This document shows positions 8,475 through 17,400 of a stretch of 18,644 nucleotides of DNA, piece after piece. The number at the start of each line of letters is the position of its first letter. Position 1 is the stretch's first letter. Location: the IMG/VR virus record IMGVR_UViG_2627853678_000002, positions 1 through 18,644 of that record, one strand, 5' to 3'. A program made the translations under genes and the position numbers. This stretch comes from a virus. Its lineage: Duplodnaviria > Heunggongvirae > Uroviricota > Caudoviricetes. Under the pieces are notes generated by a model. The model worked only from the letters and a program-made list of their open reading frames with translations, was not told where the DNA came from and searched no databases.

Positions 8475-9329
8475 ATGGCAAAAAAAGTCTCAAAATTCTT
8501 TCGTATCGGCGTTGAGGGTGACACCTGTGACGGGCGTGTCATCAGTGCGCAGGATATTCAGGAAATGGCCGAAACCTTTGACCCGCGTGTCTATGGTTGC
8601 CGCATTAACCTGGAACATCTGCGCGGCATCCTGCCTGACGGTATTTTTAAACGTTATGGCGATGTGGCAGAACTGAAGGCCGAAAAGATTGACGATGATT
8701 CGGCGCTGAAAGGCAAATGGGCGCTGTTTGCGAAAATCACCCCGACCGATGACCTTATCGCGATGAACAAGGCCGCGCAGAAGGTCTACACCTCAATGGA
8801 AATTCAGCCGAACTTTGCCAACACCGGCAAATGTTATCTGGTGGGGCTGGCCGTCACCGATGACCCGGCAAGCCTCGGTACGGAATACCTGGAATTCTGC
8901 CGCACGGCAAAACACAACCCTCTGAACCGCTTCAAATTAAGCCCTGAAAACCTGATTTCAGTGGCAACGCCCGTTGAGCTGGAATTTGAAGACCTGCCTG
9001 AAACCGTGTTCACCGCCCTGACCGAAAAGGTGAAATCCATTTTTGGCCGCAAACAGGCCAGCGATGACGCCCGTCTGAATGACGTGCATGAAGCGGTGAC
9101 CGCTGTTGCTGAACATGTGCAGGAAAAACTGAGCGCCACTGAGCAGCGCCTCGCTGAGATGGAAACTGCCTTTTCCGCTCTTAAGCAGGAGGTGACTGAC
9201 AGGGCGGATGAAACCAGCCAGGCATTCAGCCGCCTGAAAAACAGTCTCGACAACACCGAAAGTCTGACCCAGCAGCGCCGCAGCAAGGCCACCGGCGGTG
9301 GCGGTGACGCCCTGATGACGAACTGCTGA
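8475..9329 (+). CDS. O: capsid scaffolding protein gpO
   Basis: Translation from MAKKVSKFFRIGVEGDTCDGR is 284 aa and matches the remembered P2 gpO; AGGA lies 9-12 nt upstream of ATG 8475. The ORF-track start at 8409 is judged a spurious upstream extension. Confidence 0.9.
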   Translation: MAKKVSKFFRIGVEGDTCDGRVISAQDIQEMAETFDPRVYGCRINLEHLRGILPDGIFKRYGDVAELKAEKIDDDSALKGKWALFAKITPTDDLIAMNKAAQKVYTSMEIQPNFANTGKCYLVGLAVTDDPASLGTEYLEFCRTAKHNPLNRFKLSPENLISVATPVELEFEDLPETVFTALTEKVKSIFGRKQASDDARLNDVHEAVTAVAEHVQEKLSATEQRLAEMETAFSALKQEVTDRADETSQAFSRLKNSLDNTESLTQQRRSKATGGGGDALMTNC

Positions 9330-9387
9330 CCGGCGTCAGCCAGTCCGGGAAAACCTTCACGATTAACCCTTAATTTCAGGAAAAACT

Positions 9388-10460
9388 ATGCGCCAGGAAA
9401 CCCGCTTTAAATTTAATGCCTACCTGTCCCGTGTTGCCGAACTGAACGGCATCGACGCCGGTGATGTGTCGAAAAAATTCACCGTTGAACCGTCGGTCAC
9501 CCAGACCCTGATGAACACCATGCAGGAGTCCTCTGACTTTCTGACCCGCATCAACATTGTGCCGGTCAGCGAAATGAAAGGGGAAAAAATTGGTATTGGT
9601 GTCACCGGCTCCATCGCCAGCACCACCGACACCGCCGGTGGCACCGAGCGTCAGCCGAAGGACTTCTCGAAGCTGGCGTCCAGTAAGTACGAATGCGACC
9701 AGATTAACTTCGATTTTTATATCCGCTACAAAACGCTGGACCTGTGGGCGCGTTATCAGGATTTCCAGCTCCGTATCCGTAACGCCATTATCAAACGCCA
9801 GTCCCTTGATTTCATCATGGCCGGTTTTAACGGCGTGAAGCGTGCCGAAACCTCTGACCGCAACAGCAATCCGATGTTGCAGGATGTGGCGGTCGGCTGG
9901 CTGCAGAAATACCGCAATGAAGCCCCGGCGCGCGTGATGAGCAAGGTCACTGACGAGGAAGGCCGCACCACCTCTGAGGTTATCCGCGTGGGTAAGGGCG
10001 GTGATTATGCCAGCTTGATGCACTGGTGATGGATGCGACCAACAACCTGATTGAGCCGTGGTATCAGGAAGACCCTGACCTTGTGGTGATTGTGGGGCGT
10101 CAGTTACTGGCGGACAAGTATTTCCCCATCGTTAACAAGGAGCAGGACAACAGCGAAATGCTGGCCGCTGACGTCATCATCAGCCAGAAACGCATCGGTA
10201 ACCTGCCGGCGGTACGCGTCCCGTACTTCCCGGCGGATGCGATGCTCATCACGAAGCTGGAAAACCTGTCCATCTACTACATGGATGACAGTCATCGCCG
10301 CGTGATTGAGGAAAACCCGAAACTTGACCGCGTGGAGAACTACGAGTCAATGAACATTGATTACGTGGTGGAAGACTACGCCGCCGGTTGTCTGGTGGAA
10401 AAAATTAAGGTCGGTGATTTCTCCACACTGGCTAAAGCGACCGCAGAGCCGGGAGCGTAA
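9388..10460 (+). CDS. N: major capsid protein gpN, interrupted by an apparent 1-nt frameshift near 10015-10019
   Basis: ORFs 9388..10029 (MRQETRFKFNAYLSRV...GGDYASL) and 10026..10460 (MDATNNLIEPWYQ...AEPGA) are adjacent frames of one capsid gene; the second frame reads LDALVMDATNN upstream of its listed start. Confidence 0.85.
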
Positions 10461-10463
10461 CCG

Positions 10464-11207
10464 ATGACGAGTCCCGCACAGCGCCACATGATGCGGGTCT
10501 CGGCAGCGATGACCGCGCAGCGGGAAGCCGCCCCGCTGCGACATGCAACTGTCTATGAGCAGATGCTGGTTAAGCTCGCCGCAGACCAGCGCACACTGAA
10601 AGCGATTTATTCAAAAGAGCTGAAGGCCGCGAAAAAACGCGAACTGCTGCCGTTCTGGTTGCCGTGGGTGAACGGCGTGCTGGAGCAGGGCAAAGGTGCA
10701 CAGGATGACATTCTGATGACGGTCATGCTGTGGCGTCTGGATACCGGCGATATTGCCGGTGCGCTGGAGATTGCCCGTTACGCCCTGAAGTACGGCCTGA
10801 CCATGCCGGGTAAACACCGCCGCACCCCGCCGTACATGTTCACCGAGGAGGTGGCGCTCGCGGCCATGCGCGCTCACGCTGCCGGTGAGTCTGTGGATCC
10901 CCGCCTGCTGACGGACACCCTCGAACTGACCGCCACGGCTGACATGCCTGATGAAGTGCGCGCAAAGCTGCACAAAATCACCGGTCTGTTTCTGCGTGAC
11001 GCTGGTGATGCCGCAGGTGCGCTGGCGCACCTGCAACGTGCGACACAGCTCGACTGTCAGGCAGGCGTCAAAAAAGAGATTGAACGACTGGAGCGGGAGC
11101 TGAAACCGAAGCCGGAGCCGCAGCCCAAAGCGGCCACCCGCGCCCCGCGTAAGACCCGGAGCGTGACACCGGCAAAACGTGGACGCCCGAAAAAGAAAGC
11201 CAGTTAA
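10464..11207 (+). CDS. M: terminase small subunit gpM
   Basis: 247-aa ORF in the gpM position and size; basic Lys/Pro-rich C-terminal tail. Confidence 0.85.
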   Translation: MTSPAQRHMMRVSAAMTAQREAAPLRHATVYEQMLVKLAADQRTLKAIYSKELKAAKKRELLPFWLPWVNGVLEQGKGAQDDILMTVMLWRLDTGDIAGALEIARYALKYGLTMPGKHRRTPPYMFTEEVALAAMRAHAAGESVDPRLLTDTLELTATADMPDEVRAKLHKITGLFLRDAGDAAGALAHLQRATQLDCQAGVKKEIERLERELKPKPEPQPKAATRAPRKTRSVTPAKRGRPKKKAS

Positions 11208-11306
11208 CAACCGAATGCGCCCCGCGCCAGGGCGGCACGCCGGTCAGTGAGGGTGAATCACCTGACGCTGTACCGGCGTCCACCGCCCGACTTTTCAGAG
11301 GTAGTC

Positions 11307-11816
11307 ATGATGACGCTGATTATTCCGCGAAAGGAGGCTCCCGTGTCCGGTGAGGGTACGGTGGTCATCCCGCAACCGGCAGGCGACGAGCCGGTGATTA
11401 AAAACACGTTCTTTTTTCCCGATATCGACCCGAAGCGCGTCCGGGAACGTATGCGACTTGAGCAGACCGTCGCCCCCGCCCGTCTGCGTGAGGCCATCAA
11501 GTCAGGCATGGCGGAGACGAATGCGGAGCTGTACGAGTACCGCGAACAGAAAATTGCTGCCGGTTTTACGCGTCTGGCGGACGTTCCGGCGGACGACATC
11601 GACGGTGAAAGTATCAAAGTTTTTTACTACGAGCGCGCCGTGTGTGCGATGGCGACCGCGTCGCTTTATGAGCGTTATCGCGGCGTGGATGCCAGTGCGA
11701 AAGGGGACAAGAAGGCCGACAGCATTGACAGCACCATTGATGAGTTGTGGCGGGATATGCGCTGGGCAGTGGCGCGCATCCAGGACAAGCCGCGCTGCAT
11801 CGTGAGTCAAATCTGA
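11307..11816 (+). CDS. L: head completion/stabilisation protein gpL
   Basis: Start at ATG 11307 (MMTLIIPRKEAP, GAGG upstream) gives 169 aa as in P2 gpL; the stop overlaps the X start. Confidence 0.8.
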   Translation: MMTLIIPRKEAPVSGEGTVVIPQPAGDEPVIKNTFFFPDIDPKRVRERMRLEQTVAPARLREAIKSGMAETNAELYEYREQKIAAGFTRLADVPADDIDGESIKVFYYERAVCAMATASLYERYRGVDASAKGDKKADSIDSTIDELWRDMRWAVARIQDKPRCIVSQI

Positions 11817-12019
11817 TGAAGACCTTTGCGCTACAGGGCGACACGCTCGACGCCATTTGTGTCCGGTATTACGGGCGCACTGAGGGCGTGGTCGAGGCCG
11901 TGCTCGCCGCAAATCCGGGACTGGCTGAACTGGGTGCGGTGCTGCCGCACGGCACCGCCGTCGAACTGCCCGACGTTCAGACCGCGCCCGTGGCTGAAAC
12001 TGTCAATCTGTGGGAGTAA
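11816..12019 (+). CDS. X: tail protein X
   Basis: 67-aa product from ATG 11816 (MKTFALQGDTLDAICVRYYG...), the size and position of P2 gpX. Confidence 0.75.
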   Translation: MKTFALQGDTLDAICVRYYGRTEGVVEAVLAANPGLAELGAVLPHGTAVELPDVQTAPVAETVNLWE

Positions 12020-12022
12020 CGC

Positions 12023-12304
12023 ATGACAGCAGAAGAAAAAAGCGTCCTGTCGCTTTTCATGATTGGGGTGCTGATTGTTGTCGGCAAGGTGCTTGCCGGT
12101 GGTGAATCCATCACCCCGCGTCTGTTTATCGGGCGCATGTTACTCGGTGGTTTTGTCTCGATGGTTGCCGGTGTTGTTCTGGTGCAGTTTCCTGACCTGT
12201 CACTGCCTGCGGTGTGCGGCATCGGCTCCATGCTGGGTATCGCCGGTTATCAGGTGATTGAGATTGCCATTCAGCGCCGCTTTAAGGGCAGGGGGAAACC
12301 GTAA
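12023..12304 (+). CDS. Y: holin gpY
   Basis: 93-aa protein with hydrophobic transmembrane segments and a charged C-terminus (RRFKGRGKP); first gene of the lysis cassette. Confidence 0.8.
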   Translation: MTAEEKSVLSLFMIGVLIVVGKVLAGGESITPRLFIGRMLLGGFVSMVAGVVLVQFPDLSLPAVCGIGSMLGIAGYQVIEIAIQRRFKGRGKP

Positions 12305-12801
12305 TGCCGGTTATTAACACGCATCAGAATATCGCCGCCTTTCTCGACATGCTGGCCGTGTCCGAAGGGACGGCAAACCATCCGCTGACGAAAAACCGGG
12401 GCTATGACGTGATAGTCACCGGACTGGACGGGAAGCCGGAAATTTTCACCGACTACAGTGACCACCCGTTCGCACATGGCCGACCGGCGAAGGTGTTTAA
12501 CCGTCGCGGTGAAAAATCCACGGCCTCCGGTCGCTATCAGCAGCTTTACCTGTTCTGGCCGCATTACCGCAAACAGCTTGCCCTGCCGGATTTCAGTCCG
12601 TTGTCACAGGACAGACTTGCCATTCAGTTGATCCGCGAACGCGGTGCACTGGATGACATCCGGGCGGGACGCATTGAGCGCGCCATTTCACGCTGTCGCA
12701 ATATCTGGGCGTCCCTGCCGGGTGCCGGTTACGGTCAGCGTGAGCATTCACTGGAAAAACTGGTCACCGTCTGGCGTACCGCTGGCGGCGTACCGGCTTA
12801 A
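12304..12801 (+). CDS. K: endolysin gpK
   Basis: 165-aa ORF starting in a TAATG overlap with the Y stop; position and length match P2 gpK. Confidence 0.85.
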   Translation: MPVINTHQNIAAFLDMLAVSEGTANHPLTKNRGYDVIVTGLDGKPEIFTDYSDHPFAHGRPAKVFNRRGEKSTASGRYQQLYLFWPHYRKQLALPDFSPLSQDRLAIQLIRERGALDDIRAGRIERAISRCRNIWASLPGAGYGQREHSLEKLVTVWRTAGGVPA

Positions 12802-12815
12802 ACGGAGTAAACACC

Positions 12816-13241
12816 ATGAAGAAATTATCCCTTTCACTGATGCTGAACGTGTCGCTGGCGCTGATGCTGGCACTGTCCCTGATTTACCCGCAGAGCGTGG
12901 CCGTCAGTTTTGTCGCTGTCTGGGCGATTCTGGCGACGGTTATCTGTGTGGTTGCCGGTGGTGTCGGCGTGTATGCCACAGAGTATGTACTGGAACGCTA
13001 CGGGCGGGAGCTGCCGCCGGAATCGCTGGCCGTGAAGATTGTCGCATCGCTGTTTTTGCAGCCGGTGCCGTGGCGCAGACGGGCAGTGGCTCTGGTGGTG
13101 ATGGTGACGACGTTTATCTCGCTGGTCGCTGCCGGGTGGATTTTTACCGCGCTGATTTATCTCGTGGCGTCGCTGTTCTTCCGGCTGATACGTACGGCCT
13201 GCCGTCAGCGTTTTGAGGGGCGGGAACCATGTCAAAGCTGA
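12816..13241 (+). CDS. lysA: lysis accessory membrane protein LysA
   Basis: 141-aa strongly hydrophobic protein following K, as in P2. Confidence 0.7.
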   Translation: MKKLSLSLMLNVSLALMLALSLIYPQSVAVSFVAVWAILATVICVVAGGVGVYATEYVLERYGRELPPESLAVKIVASLFLQPVPWRRRAVALVVMVTTFISLVAAGWIFTALIYLVASLFFRLIRTACRQRFEGREPCQS

Positions 13242-13654
13242 TGACTGTGCTGGTCGTGTTGTTATCGCTGGCGGTGGCGGGGCTGTTTCTGGCGAAGCAT
13301 GAAAACGCCAGCCTGCGCGCCTCGCTGGACAGGGCGAACAACGTCGCCAGTGAACAGCAGACGACCATCACCATGCTGAAAAACCAGCTTCATGTTGCAC
13401 TCACCAGGGCAGATAAAAACGAGCTGGCGCAGGTGGCACTGCGTCAGGAACTGGAAAACGCCGCGAAGCGTGAAGCACAGCGCGAGAAAACCATCACGAG
13501 GTTACTTAATGAAAACGAAGATTTTCGCCGCTGGTACGGTGCTGACCTGCCTGATGCTGTGCGCCGGTTGCACCAGCGCCCGGCCTGCGCCGACGCCAGT
13601 GATTGTCCACAACGCCTGCCCGAAAGTGAGTCTTTGCCCGATGCCGGGCAGTGA
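13229..13654 (+). CDS. lysB: LysB, Rz-like inner-membrane spanin
   Basis: 141 aa with an N-terminal transmembrane segment and a coiled-coil-like periplasmic region. Confidence 0.75.
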   Translation: MSKLMTVLVVLLSLAVAGLFLAKHENASLRASLDRANNVASEQQTTITMLKNQLHVALTRADKNELAQVALRQELENAAKREAQREKTITRLLNENEDFRRWYGADLPDAVRRLHQRPACADASDCPQRLPESESLPDAGQ

Positions 13655-13799
13655 CCCGGAGACGAACGGCGATTTAAGTGCCGATATCCGGCAGCTTGAG
13701 AACGCGCTGGCACGCTGTGCCAGCCAGGTAAAAATGATTAAACACTGTCAGGATGAAAACTATGCTCAAACCCGACAGCCTGCGCAGGGCGCTGACTGA
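13509..13799 (+). CDS. lysC: LysC, Rz1-like outer-membrane lipoprotein spanin, nested in the +1 frame of lysB
   Basis: 96-aa product from ATG 13509 with signal peptide and lipobox LMLCAGC; embedded in and extending past lysB. Confidence 0.7.
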   Translation: MKTKIFAAGTVLTCLMLCAGCTSARPAPTPVIVHNACPKVSLCPMPGSDPETNGDLSADIRQLENALARCASQVKMIKHCQDENYAQTRQPAQGAD

Positions 13800-14229
13800 T
13801 GCCGTCACGGTGCTGAAAACCAGTCCCGAGATGCTGCGGATATTCGTGGATAACGGGAGTATTGCCTCCACACTGGCGACGTCGTTGTCATTCGAAAAGC
13901 GTTACACGCTCAATGTCATTGTGACCGACTTTACCGGTGATTTTGACCTGCTCATTGTGCCGGTGCTGGCGTGGCTGCGGGAAAATCAGCCCGACATCAT
14001 GACCACCGACGCAGGCCAGAAAAAGGGCTTCACATTTTATGCAGACATCAACAATGACAGCAGCTTTGATATCAGTATCAGCCTGATGCTGACCGAGCGC
14101 ACGCTGGTCAGTGAGGTGGACGGCGCGCTGCATGTGAAGAATATCCCGGAACCTCCGCCGCCGGAGCCGGTCACCCGCCCGATGGAGCTGTATATCAATG
14201 GCGAACTGGTGAGCAAGTGGGATGAATGA
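13762..14229 (+). CDS. R: tail completion protein gpR
   Basis: 155 aa from ATG 13762 (MLKPDSLRRALTDAV...); an in-frame ATG at 13753 is an alternative start. Confidence 0.8.
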   Translation: MLKPDSLRRALTDAVTVLKTSPEMLRIFVDNGSIASTLATSLSFEKRYTLNVIVTDFTGDFDLLIVPVLAWLRENQPDIMTTDAGQKKGFTFYADINNDSSFDISISLMLTERTLVSEVDGALHVKNIPEPPPPEPVTRPMELYINGELVSKWDE

Positions 14230-14680
14230 GTTTAAGCGTTTTGAAGACCGGCTGACCGGACTGATTGAATCGCTGTCACCGTCAGGGCGTCGGCGACTGG
14301 CGGTAGATATTGCGAAGAAGCTGCGCCAGCGCCAGCAGCAGCGAATTAAATTACAAAAAGCCCCGGATGGTACGCCGTATGTACCGAGAAAAAACCAACC
14401 AGTACGAAATAAGAAAGGCCGGATAAAGCGGGAAATGTTTGTGAAATTACGCACTAACCGGTTTATGAAAGCAACAGGTAGCGAGAGTGCGGCGGTGGTG
14501 GCGTTTGCCAGCGGAGTACAACGAATTGCGCGAGTACATCAATTAGGGCTTAGGGATAAGCCGGGGCGTAATAGTGCTGTGGTGGAATATCCTGTTCGCG
14601 AGTTATTTGGTTTTGACAAGGAATCTATACAATTGATAGAAAGGGAGTTATTAGTGATTCTATCGAAAGATGTTATATGA
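14222..14680 (+). CDS. S: tail completion protein gpS (3' third is more AT-rich, possibly mosaic)
   Basis: 152 aa beginning MNEFKRFEDRLTGLIESLSP in the gpS position; its stop overlaps the next start in ATGA. Confidence 0.8.
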   Translation: MNEFKRFEDRLTGLIESLSPSGRRRLAVDIAKKLRQRQQQRIKLQKAPDGTPYVPRKNQPVRNKKGRIKREMFVKLRTNRFMKATGSESAAVVAFASGVQRIARVHQLGLRDKPGRNSAVVEYPVRELFGFDKESIQLIERELLVILSKDVI

Positions 14681-14973
14681 GACGGGTGTTTGTGGATAAA
14701 AAGTTTTCCATTTTGAGAAAAAGAGTAAAGCATTCTCAAAAGAAAGTTATGGATTGTATTATTGCTGACCATAATGCTGATATATGTGTGTTATGCGGGA
14801 GTTCTGACGATATTACTCGTGAGCACATTATTCCTCAGTGGGCCTTTGAGTCAAATGCTGAAAAATCTTTAATTAATAAAAAGAATAATCAGTCAACTCA
14901 TTACATTAAAGCCACTGTACCAGCATGCAGAGTGTGCAATTCTGATTTGCTGGGAGTGTTTGAGTATACCTGA
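14677..14973 (+). CDS. small HNH-endonuclease-like protein (cargo in the S-V variable locus)
   Basis: 98-aa ORF in AT-rich DNA with an HNH/His-Me-finger-like pattern: CVLC ... REHIIPQW ... NKKNN ... H ... CRVCN. Confidence 0.6.
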   Translation: MRRVFVDKKFSILRKRVKHSQKKVMDCIIADHNADICVLCGSSDDITREHIIPQWAFESNAEKSLINKKNNQSTHYIKATVPACRVCNSDLLGVFEYT

Positions 14974-15041
14974 AGAAATTTCTTACGGAAAAGAGGGGAG
15001 AGGAGTTAACAGATTATGAGTATGATTGCATCATATGGTGG

Positions 15042-15431
15042 TTGCAATACATGGGTTTTAAGTTGCAATTAATGGATTTGCGGAACCGCTTTCTCAGGTA
15101 TAAAGGTGGTGATTATATCCCGTTCCTTGCAAACTTTCCGGTTGCAATGTTTTGGGGGAATGTCGATACGACGCCGGGGGATGTCTTCAGGATTATACGA
15201 AAATCGCGACGCAATCTGATGTCGAAATGGAAGGATAAAAAACATAATTCTTTGATGGTTTTTGAAACATCAAACAAGAGTTTTCATTTCTTTCATAAGG
15301 TTGATGAATTTATTTTTATTGAAATGCCTCAGGTTAAGAAGGCGTTTTTCTTCTTTTTTAATAAAGAATTTGACAGCCATGATTTAGCTCATGAGGAGTG
15401 TATGAAGATTATAGAGAAGTGCTACAACTAA
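15042..15431 (+). CDS. hypothetical protein (cargo in the S-V variable locus)
   Basis: 129-codon ORF in AT-rich DNA, where an open frame of this length is unlikely by chance; the listed start is TTG and ATG at 15051 (GGTGG upstream) is more likely. No motif recognised. Confidence 0.5.
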   Translation: MQYMGFKLQLMDLRNRFLRYKGGDYIPFLANFPVAMFWGNVDTTPGDVFRIIRKSRRNLMSKWKDKKHNSLMVFETSNKSFHFFHKVDEFIFIEMPQVKKAFFFFFNKEFDSHDLAHEECMKIIEKCYN

Positions 15432-15508
15432 TATTTATTATGTTGTATCACAGCTGACAGAATCCTCCATGATTGCTGCTGGTATCGTCCAGCGGCATCC
15501 TTCCCGTT

Positions 15509-16143
15509 ATGAACACTCTCGCAAATATTCAGGAACTCGCGCGCGCACTGCGCAATATGATTCGCACCGGCATTATCGTCGAAACCGACCTTAACGCCGG
15601 TCGCTGCCGTGTGCAGACCGGCGGCATGTGCACCGACTGGTTGCAGTGGCTGACTCATCGTGCTGGGCGTTCGCGCACATGGTGGGCACCTTCCGTGGGG
15701 GAACAGGTGCTGATTCTGTCCGTGGGCGGCGAACTCGACACGGCGTTTGTTCTGCCGGGGATTTATTCCGGCGATAACCCTGCGCCGTCTGCGTCGGCGG
15801 ATGCCCTGCATATCCGTTTCCCTGACGGGGCGGTGATTGAGTATGAACCCGAAACCAGTGCACTCACGGTAAGCGGAATTAAAACGGCCAGCGTGACGGC
15901 TTCTGATTCTGTTACTGCCACGGTGCCGGTGGTCATGGTGAAAGCATCAACCGCGTCACTCTGGACACGCCGGAGGTGGTCTGCACAAACAGGCTGATCA
16001 CCGGCACGCTGGAAGTGCAGAAGGGCGGGACGATGCGCGGCAACATTGAACACACCGGCGGTGAACTCTCATCAAACGGGAAGGTACTGCATACCCATAA
16101 ACACCCCGGCGACAGCGGCGGCACAACCGGGAGTCCTCTATGA
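15509..16143 (+). CDS. V: baseplate assembly/spike protein gpV, interrupted by an apparent 1-nt frameshift near 15951-15953
   Basis: Translation from ATG 15509 (MNTLANIQELARALRNMIRTG...) matches the remembered P2 gpV; the frame terminates at 15997, while the adjacent frame continues RVTLDTPEVVCTNRLITGTLEVQKGG...GSPL to a stop overlapping the W start. Confidence 0.8.
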
Positions 16144-16487
16144 CAGCGCGTTATCTCGGAATGAATCGCAGTGATGGCCTGACTGTCTCTGACCTTGAGC
16201 ATATCAGCCAGAGTATCGGCGATATCCTGCGCACGCCGGTCGGCTCACGGGTGATGCGTCGTGATTACGGCTCGTTGCTGGCGTCAATGATTGACCAACC
16301 GCAGACCCCGGCGCTTGAGTTGCAGATTAAGGTCGCCTGTTACATGGCGGTGCTGAAATGGGAACCCCGCGTCACCCTGTCATCCGTCACTACGGCGCGC
16401 AGTTTTGACGGGCGAATGACGGTCACGTTAACCGGCCAGCACAACGACACCGGCCAGCCACTTTCGTTAACCATCCCTGTGAGTTGA
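16140..16487 (+). CDS. W: baseplate wedge protein gpW
   Basis: 115-aa ORF in the gpW position and size. Confidence 0.85.
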   Translation: MTARYLGMNRSDGLTVSDLEHISQSIGDILRTPVGSRVMRRDYGSLLASMIDQPQTPALELQIKVACYMAVLKWEPRVTLSSVTTARSFDGRMTVTLTGQHNDTGQPLSLTIPVS

Positions 16488-16491
16488 AACC

Positions 16492-17400
16492 ATGCCGATT
16501 ATCGACCTGAACCAGCTACCCGCACCGGATGTGGTCGAGGAGCTGGACTTTGAAACCATTCTCGCTGAACGCAAGGCGACACTGATTTCCCTTTACCCGG
16601 AAGACCAGCAGGAGGCGGTCGCCCGTACCCTGACGCTGGAATCCGAGCCTCTCGTCAAACTGCTGGAGGAAAATGCTTATCGTGAGCTTATCTGGCGTCA
16701 GCGTGTGAATGAGGCCGCACGGGCGGTGATGCTGGCCTGTGCCGCCGGTAATGACCTTGATGTTATTGGTGCCAATTACAACACCACGCGCCTGATTATC
16801 ACCCCGGCAGATGATTCGACCATCCCGCCGACACCGGCAGTAATGGAATCTGACACGGATTATCGTCTGCGTATTCAGCAGGCGTTTGAAGGTTTAAGCG
16901 TCGCCGGGTCGGTGGGTGCCTATCAGTATCATGGCCGCAGTGCTGACGGGCGTGTCGCGGATATCTCTGTCACCAGTCCGTCTCCGGCCTGTGTCACCAT
17001 CTCTGTGCTGTCACGTGAAAATAACGGTGTCGCTTCCGAAGACTTGCTGGCGGTGGTGCGTAACGCCCTTAATGGCGAGGACGTCAGGCCGGTGGCCGAC
17101 CGCGTGACCGTGCAGTCTGCCGCCATTGTTGAATATCAGATAAACGCCACGCTTTACCTTTACCCTGGTCCCGAAAGCGAACCCATCCGCGCTGCTGCCG
17201 TGAAAAAACTGGAAGCGTATATCACGGCACAGCACCGGCTGGGGCGCGACATCCGTCTGTCTGCCATTTATGCCGCTTTGCATGTGGAGGGCGTGCAGCG
17301 TGTCGAGCTGGCCGCACCACTGGCCGACATCGTGCTCAACAGTACGCAGGCGTCTTTCTGTACCGAATACCGCGTCGTGACCGGAGGCTCGGATGAGTGA
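16492..17400 (+). CDS. J: baseplate protein gpJ
   Basis: 302-aa ORF in the gpJ position and size. Confidence 0.85.
   Translation: MPIIDLNQLPAPDVVEELDFETILAERKATLISLYPEDQQEAVARTLTLESEPLVKLLEENAYRELIWRQRVNEAARAVMLACAAGNDLDVIGANYNTTRLIITPADDSTIPPTPAVMESDTDYRLRIQQAFEGLSVAGSVGAYQYHGRSADGRVADISVTSPSPACVTISVLSRENNGVASEDLLAVVRNALNGEDVRPVADRVTVQSAAIVEYQINATLYLYPGPESEPIRAAAVKKLEAYITAQHRLGRDIRLSAIYAALHVEGVQRVELAAPLADIVLNSTQASFCTEYRVVTGGSDE

Noticed and set aside
10026-10460. 144-aa ORF as an independent gene after a short capsid gene
   Set aside because: It is the C-terminal part of the major capsid gene in the adjacent frame; the two ORFs together give the expected capsid length of about 357 aa.
10611-11210. 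199-aa minus-strand ORF overlapping gene M
   Set aside because: Shadow ORF antisense to the small terminase gene; it has no start context and breaks the P2 gene order.
11208-11306. Terminator between M and L
   Set aside because: The GC-rich segment has only imperfect inverted repeats and a weak T-run; M and L are expected to be co-transcribed.
12644-13216. 190-aa + strand ORF overlapping K and lysA
   Set aside because: Out-of-frame overlap with two genes of the lysis cassette; the Cys/Arg-rich translation is typical of an off-frame read of GC-rich coding DNA.
15431-15508. Late promoter element upstream of V (TGT-N10-ACA at about 15443-15458)
   Set aside because: The spacing is not the N12 I recall for P2 late promoters and it sits too close to the V start codon for a -55 activator site; left uncalled.
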